From the NCBI GenBank assembly GCA_964188305.1, contig OZ076896.1: a stretch of 64,000 bases of DNA; one strand, given 5' to 3'. The DNA is from Podarcis bocagei. Taxonomy: Eukaryota. Position 1 is the stretch's first letter, and each line of letters opens with the position of its first letter. Below are positions 59,996 to 64,000 of the stretch, piece after piece. The notes under the pieces were generated by a model that searched no databases, was not told where the DNA came from, and worked only from the letters and a program-made list of their open reading frames with translations. Position numbers and translations under genes: made by a program.

Positions 59996-62082
59996 TTTTT
60001 TAAAAAATGGTATTTATTGAAAAAAGAATTTTTAAAAAAAATACAAAGAAATAAAAAGACAAAGTTACAAAGAAAAAAGACAGAAACAGAAAAAGAAAAA
60101 GAAAAAATAAAACCATCATTTTCAAATTCTCGAATTTCATTACCTTCTTTCCATGACCTCCTCCTCATCCTCCCATCTCTTGTATCTTGATTAATAATTA
60201 TCACAGCAAATCCTTTCCATAATTCATAGTATTCTGTCCTTACATTACCTTACTCCATTTTCATCTTATCTTATAAAAAACCTTAAAACTTAAGACTTAA
60301 GTCTTATTTTTACCAGCTTCTCATAACCATAACCTTTTTACCTGATTCTTTAAACATTTTTACAAGAGCCAAGTAATTTCATTTCAACATTTTTCCAACG
60401 TTCATAAAACATTTCTGATAATAAAAAGAAAAAAAAAGAATAAAAACAATCAATCTTCTTCCAGCGTCCCTTCTCCCCAGTCCCAGGATTGTCAGTCCTT
60501 TTCTTTTAACCCATTAGTCTGGCACATTAACCTGGTGGTCTTATATCCGAGACCTTCAAATCTCTTCCATGTCCCTTCCGCAGCTCTTCTTCATATTTTC
60601 CTTTCACTCATGGGAACTCCAGCTTGGTAGTGTTTTTGACCCATTTCAACAAATCAGCCCCTTTCTCATAGTCCAGACTAGACTCCATGTGGTATTTTAA
60701 AACATGTTTCAGATTCCCTCCAAGATTGGGAGTCCCAGCAGCTCCAAACCTCTGACGGCCCATTGCCAGACTCGGAAAGTCCAAACATCCCTGCATAGGG
60801 GGGTCAGTCCAACCCCCCATTTCCAAATCAATCCAAACTTTGTCTTTCCAAATCTGGTTTTTTCCAAGTACATTTATCAAATCCAAAGGCTCATTTTCCT
60901 GCTGGGCCAAAAGTCCCTCCATCCCTGGCGCCCAAGATTCAGCAAGGTCCTCTTCTTTCAGTTGTTCTGTCATGGCACGCTCCTGTTTTGGTTCCTGAGT
61001 GGGCTCCATATAGTTTCCCACTACCTGTTCAAAGGTTCTGGCCGCATTAGTCATAAAATCCGTCTTCTGACTTAACTGATCCAATAGGGCATTTATTTTA
61101 CAGAAAGCACCCAACAGTGCTTCTGAAGGCATTGTCCTACAAGGTCACAAATCCTTTCCCACAGTTGTAATCAGTAACAGCTGCAAATTCCCAGGATTTA
61201 GTTACAATTTCACAGTTCCCCTCTAGGGGGAAAAACTTCTGGTTGTTCTTTTTCTTGAAAACAATAGCAACAAAGTTTCTTTTTTAAGATATTTTGTCCA
61301 TATTTGTTCTTTTAAAAGACGAAAGGAAACAACGGAGTCACAATGTTTCTCTTCTTTTAACTATCTGTCAAAGACATTTGTTTCTGGTCAATGAGCTTCA
61401 AACATCAATTCTGACACCCCGCTCCAGGGTCAGGACGGTGGAAAATTACTTTGCTTTAGCTTCACTTCTGCAGGTTTAAACAGTTCAGGAAAAAGTCCCC
61501 CTTCTTCTCCTGCTACCGAAGGGGGGTTCAGCGATTTTAAATGATGAAAGTCGATCCTTTAAAAGTGATTTTTAAGGCTCTAGTTTGTGTTGTCTTTGCT
61601 TTGTTCTGACTACAAGGAAACGGAAGGGTGACTTCCTGTTTAAACCTTCCCATTTCAGTACCAAATTAGGGTTAATTTAAAGTCCAAATTCCTTTTTATT
61701 TCGCCAGTTCTTATTTGAAGTCCAAATATTTAATGTTCCAGTACTCACGGTTGGTTATTTTAGATGCCAAATTGTCCAAGGAAAAAGGCAGCGCTCTCCG
61801 GCAACGGCTATGCGGCTTCGCTCCACAGAAAAAGCAATTAACTCACAGCACCACACCACTTCCCCCTCTTCACTTCGGAGCCCGTTTGTGGGTTCCTTTG
61901 TGGGTTGGGGGGCGCTAAGGGTGCCCGCCGAGTCCCACGGTCACAGGCTTCATCCGCCTGTGATTTCCAGAAGGGTCCCCACTACGCCGCAGCGGAAAAG
62001 ACCCGTTTCATTCGGAGCTGGTCCCTCCAGTTCAGAGGGAGTCCGCCATTGCCGGTGGCGCCACCCCGGAAGTCCCAAAAAC
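59996..62082 (-). mobile_element. Full-length ~2.1-kb non-autonomous L1-type (HAL1-like) retroelement
   Basis: 17-bp TSD TGATGAGCCCTAACTTA (59979-59995 / 62083-62099). CpG-rich 5' end GGACTTCCGGGGTGGCGCC..ATGGCGG. T-rich 3' UTR with AATAAA and a short A tail. No RT or endonuclease sequence. Confidence 0.85.
60608..61132 (-). CDS. Orphan 174-aa ORF of the retroelement (about 201 aa if one TGA is a recent nonsense change)
   Basis: Single sense-strand ORF inside the element, with a predicted helical/heptad-like N-terminus. In-frame continuation VKGKYEEELRKGHGRDLKVSDIRPPG after the stop. Confidence 0.5.
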   Translation of the reverse strand: MPSEALLGAFCKINALLDQLSQKTDFMTNAARTFEQVVGNYMEPTQEPKQERAMTEQLKEEDLAESWAPGMEGLLAQQENEPLDLINVLGKNQIWKDKVWIDLEMGGWTDPPMQGCLDFPSLAMGRQRFGAAGTPNLGGNLKHVLKYHMESSLDYEKGADLLKWVKNTTKLEFP

Positions 62083-62668
62083 TGATGAGCCCTAACTTAA
62101 TGGCAGAGAACATCTAAAATTTCAGAGGCCAGAAGTCTGCAATAACATCCGCATGAGACCTTGAGCGGTTCACATCAGCCAGAGTGAGAGAGTATTGGGT
62201 GGAATGCTGGTGTTAAGACCCCACATGGTTGATGTGGGTGGGGATGTATGCAATCACAACACCCAGATATTTCCAAATGCAGCATTGCTTACAAATTACT
62301 TGTTTTCCTGGAGTCTGAGGGATCAAGGGATCATTTGAATTTTATTTTTGTCCATTGTCAATTAAATTAAATTGAGAGAGTACTGCAAAGTTTGTGGCTA
62401 ATGTAATCTCATGGCTACATTATGTCATAAGACACTGAGAAGTGCAATCACAGAGCAAAAGCAAACTCCTATACTGTCTGCCTCCATTGAGGAATATTGA
62501 TATCCCCCACAGCTGCTGTGATTCTACAAAAATGCAGTAAAGTATAAAACAATATTGCCCAAACATGCAGTAGCAGGAGGAATGGGGCTGTTAACAAGGT
62601 ATTCTGATTCCTTAAATTGTCCTCTTTTCTACAGATCAGAGCTGGAAATCTAGAAGAACAGAGTACAC

Positions 62669-63581
62669 CAGACCCACCAAGTGTCCCTATTTTCCATGAA
62701 CAGTCTTGGATTTACAGAAGCCATCTCGGTTTCTGATATGATCCTAGAATGCCCTACTTTTCCTTCGAATATCTCTATTTTCATCTGTTACAGAAATTAC
62801 CGGGGGGGGGAGCACATCTTTAAAGTTGTTAAATGTTACAAATATTATGCATAAATGCATCCTTTCTACTTGAAAGTTCAGGGAAGTTACCTAGCTTTAA
62901 AAATCATATAAAATCAACTCCTTTGCCAGTTTCCTCCATTCCAACGCTATTTTGCCTTGGAAAAGGGACTCCAGGAAGTGCCCAGAGGTGACAATTGCTG
63001 AGCTGATTGTTGGCCAAGGAAAGCCTAATCCCATCACCAGACTTGCCAAGGGGTCCAGACATGCAAAGGAAGTTCTATTGTACTTTGGGTGGTGGGACTT
63101 CAGAGGGGTTTGCCTATGCTAATCTTATACCTGGGTCTTGCCCTGGCATGTCTGCTTATGCTAATCCTGTACCAAGGACTTGTCTGGACATGTTTGCCAA
63201 GGTTTAACTTGTGTAACCCCTGTCTACCCCTCCCCTTTTGTGACATATCAATGATGTATCAATGATGCTGTACGAACTGTATTCTGGGATATGGTGGGAA
63301 AGTTTTAAAAGTCCTTGTCACCCCATCCTCGGGGTTCAAAATTCCTCTTTGAACCTGTTGAGCACTAATCTTTGGTCTACAGCTATTTGCTCTGGTTGGT
63401 GGCTGGACTCCTTCCTTTATTCTACAGGAACCCGCGGACTCTGCCCGATGAGCTGGGTGACTGAGCAGCCTCGCACCTAGATTTTTCCGTAACACATCTG
63501 AGAAATGTTGGAGGATATGGAGTTACGTAATCCAAGGAGATAAGGAGCCAAAAAGATAAGTAACTATACAACTTTTAGAAG
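62669..63581 (+). mobile_element. Composite hAT-MITE/L2 element (4968 family) interrupted by a solo LTR
   Basis: 62669-62785 and 63499-63581 are colinear with 4968-5160. Confidence 0.7.
62786..63494. mobile_element. Solo LTR (709 bp; ERV1- or Gypsy-type by its 4-bp TSD)
   Basis: TGTTACAGAAA...TTTCCGTAACA inverted termini and TSD CATC (62782-62785 / 63495-63498). Confidence 0.88.
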
Positions 63582-63889
63582 AAAGAAGCTGAGACCTTGA
63601 TCTGGAAATCACTCTTCTCCTGTCTTTTTTCTGCTTAAAATCCCCCCTAGGTATTAGTAGTAGTAAGCCTCTCCTCCCTCCAAGAGGGGAGGCGTTGTGA
63701 GCAGGACGCGATTTCTGCGTCATGCAGGGGGTGTTACGCCCCCTGCCCCACTCACCTGGTTGGCACACCATGCCCACAGGTAAGCGCCCAACTGGGCGGC
63801 TTGGAGGGAGTGTGGTTTGCAGTTTAACTTACTGCTGTGCCAGCTGTTCCGCCTCATTTTCCACCTTCCCGTCGTGAGTCATTATTAGT

Positions 63890-64000
63890 GAGTATTAGTA
63901 GTAGTAGTTTTGTATACCACCCTATACCCGTAGATCTCCTGGCAGTTCGCAGCACAAAATCACAATACAGAATAAAAACAAAGACAACCCAATAACCCCC
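63890..64000 (-). mobile_element. L2-type 3' tail with (TAC)n microsatellite
   Basis: Minus strand ...GAACTGCCAGGAGATCTACGGGTATAGGGTGGTATACAAAA(CTA)n. Confidence 0.55.

Overview
AT-rich vertebrate genomic DNA, almost certainly from a squamate and most likely a lacertid lizard. This is inferred from the repeat content: Sauria SINEs, Bov-B/RTE, tRNA-CR1 SINEs, L2/CR1 relics and hAT/Tc1-mariner MITEs. I cannot recognise any host protein-coding gene. All long ORFs in the supplied track are transposon-derived or look spurious, so the window is probably a gene desert or a very large intron, with a few candidate non-coding exons and motif-dense enhancer-like blocks. There is one 180-N assembly gap. 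The most notable items are: (1) a complete ~2.1-kb L1-mobilised non-autonomous retroelement (17-bp TSD, L1-like promoter, possible 5'-UTR intron, orphan 174/201-aa ORF), with a probable second family member at the window start; (2) Penelope-type terminal repeats carrying minimal hammerhead-ribozyme-like motifs, one forming a large palindrome; (3) two hairpin-dense elements (9.0-9.8 kb and 63.6-63.9 kb); (4) an AT-rich palindrome resembling ancient conserved repeats of the MER121 type; (5) a decayed hAT transposase and several solo LTRs and nested insertions with readable TSDs. Family names are from recall and were not confirmed by any database search.
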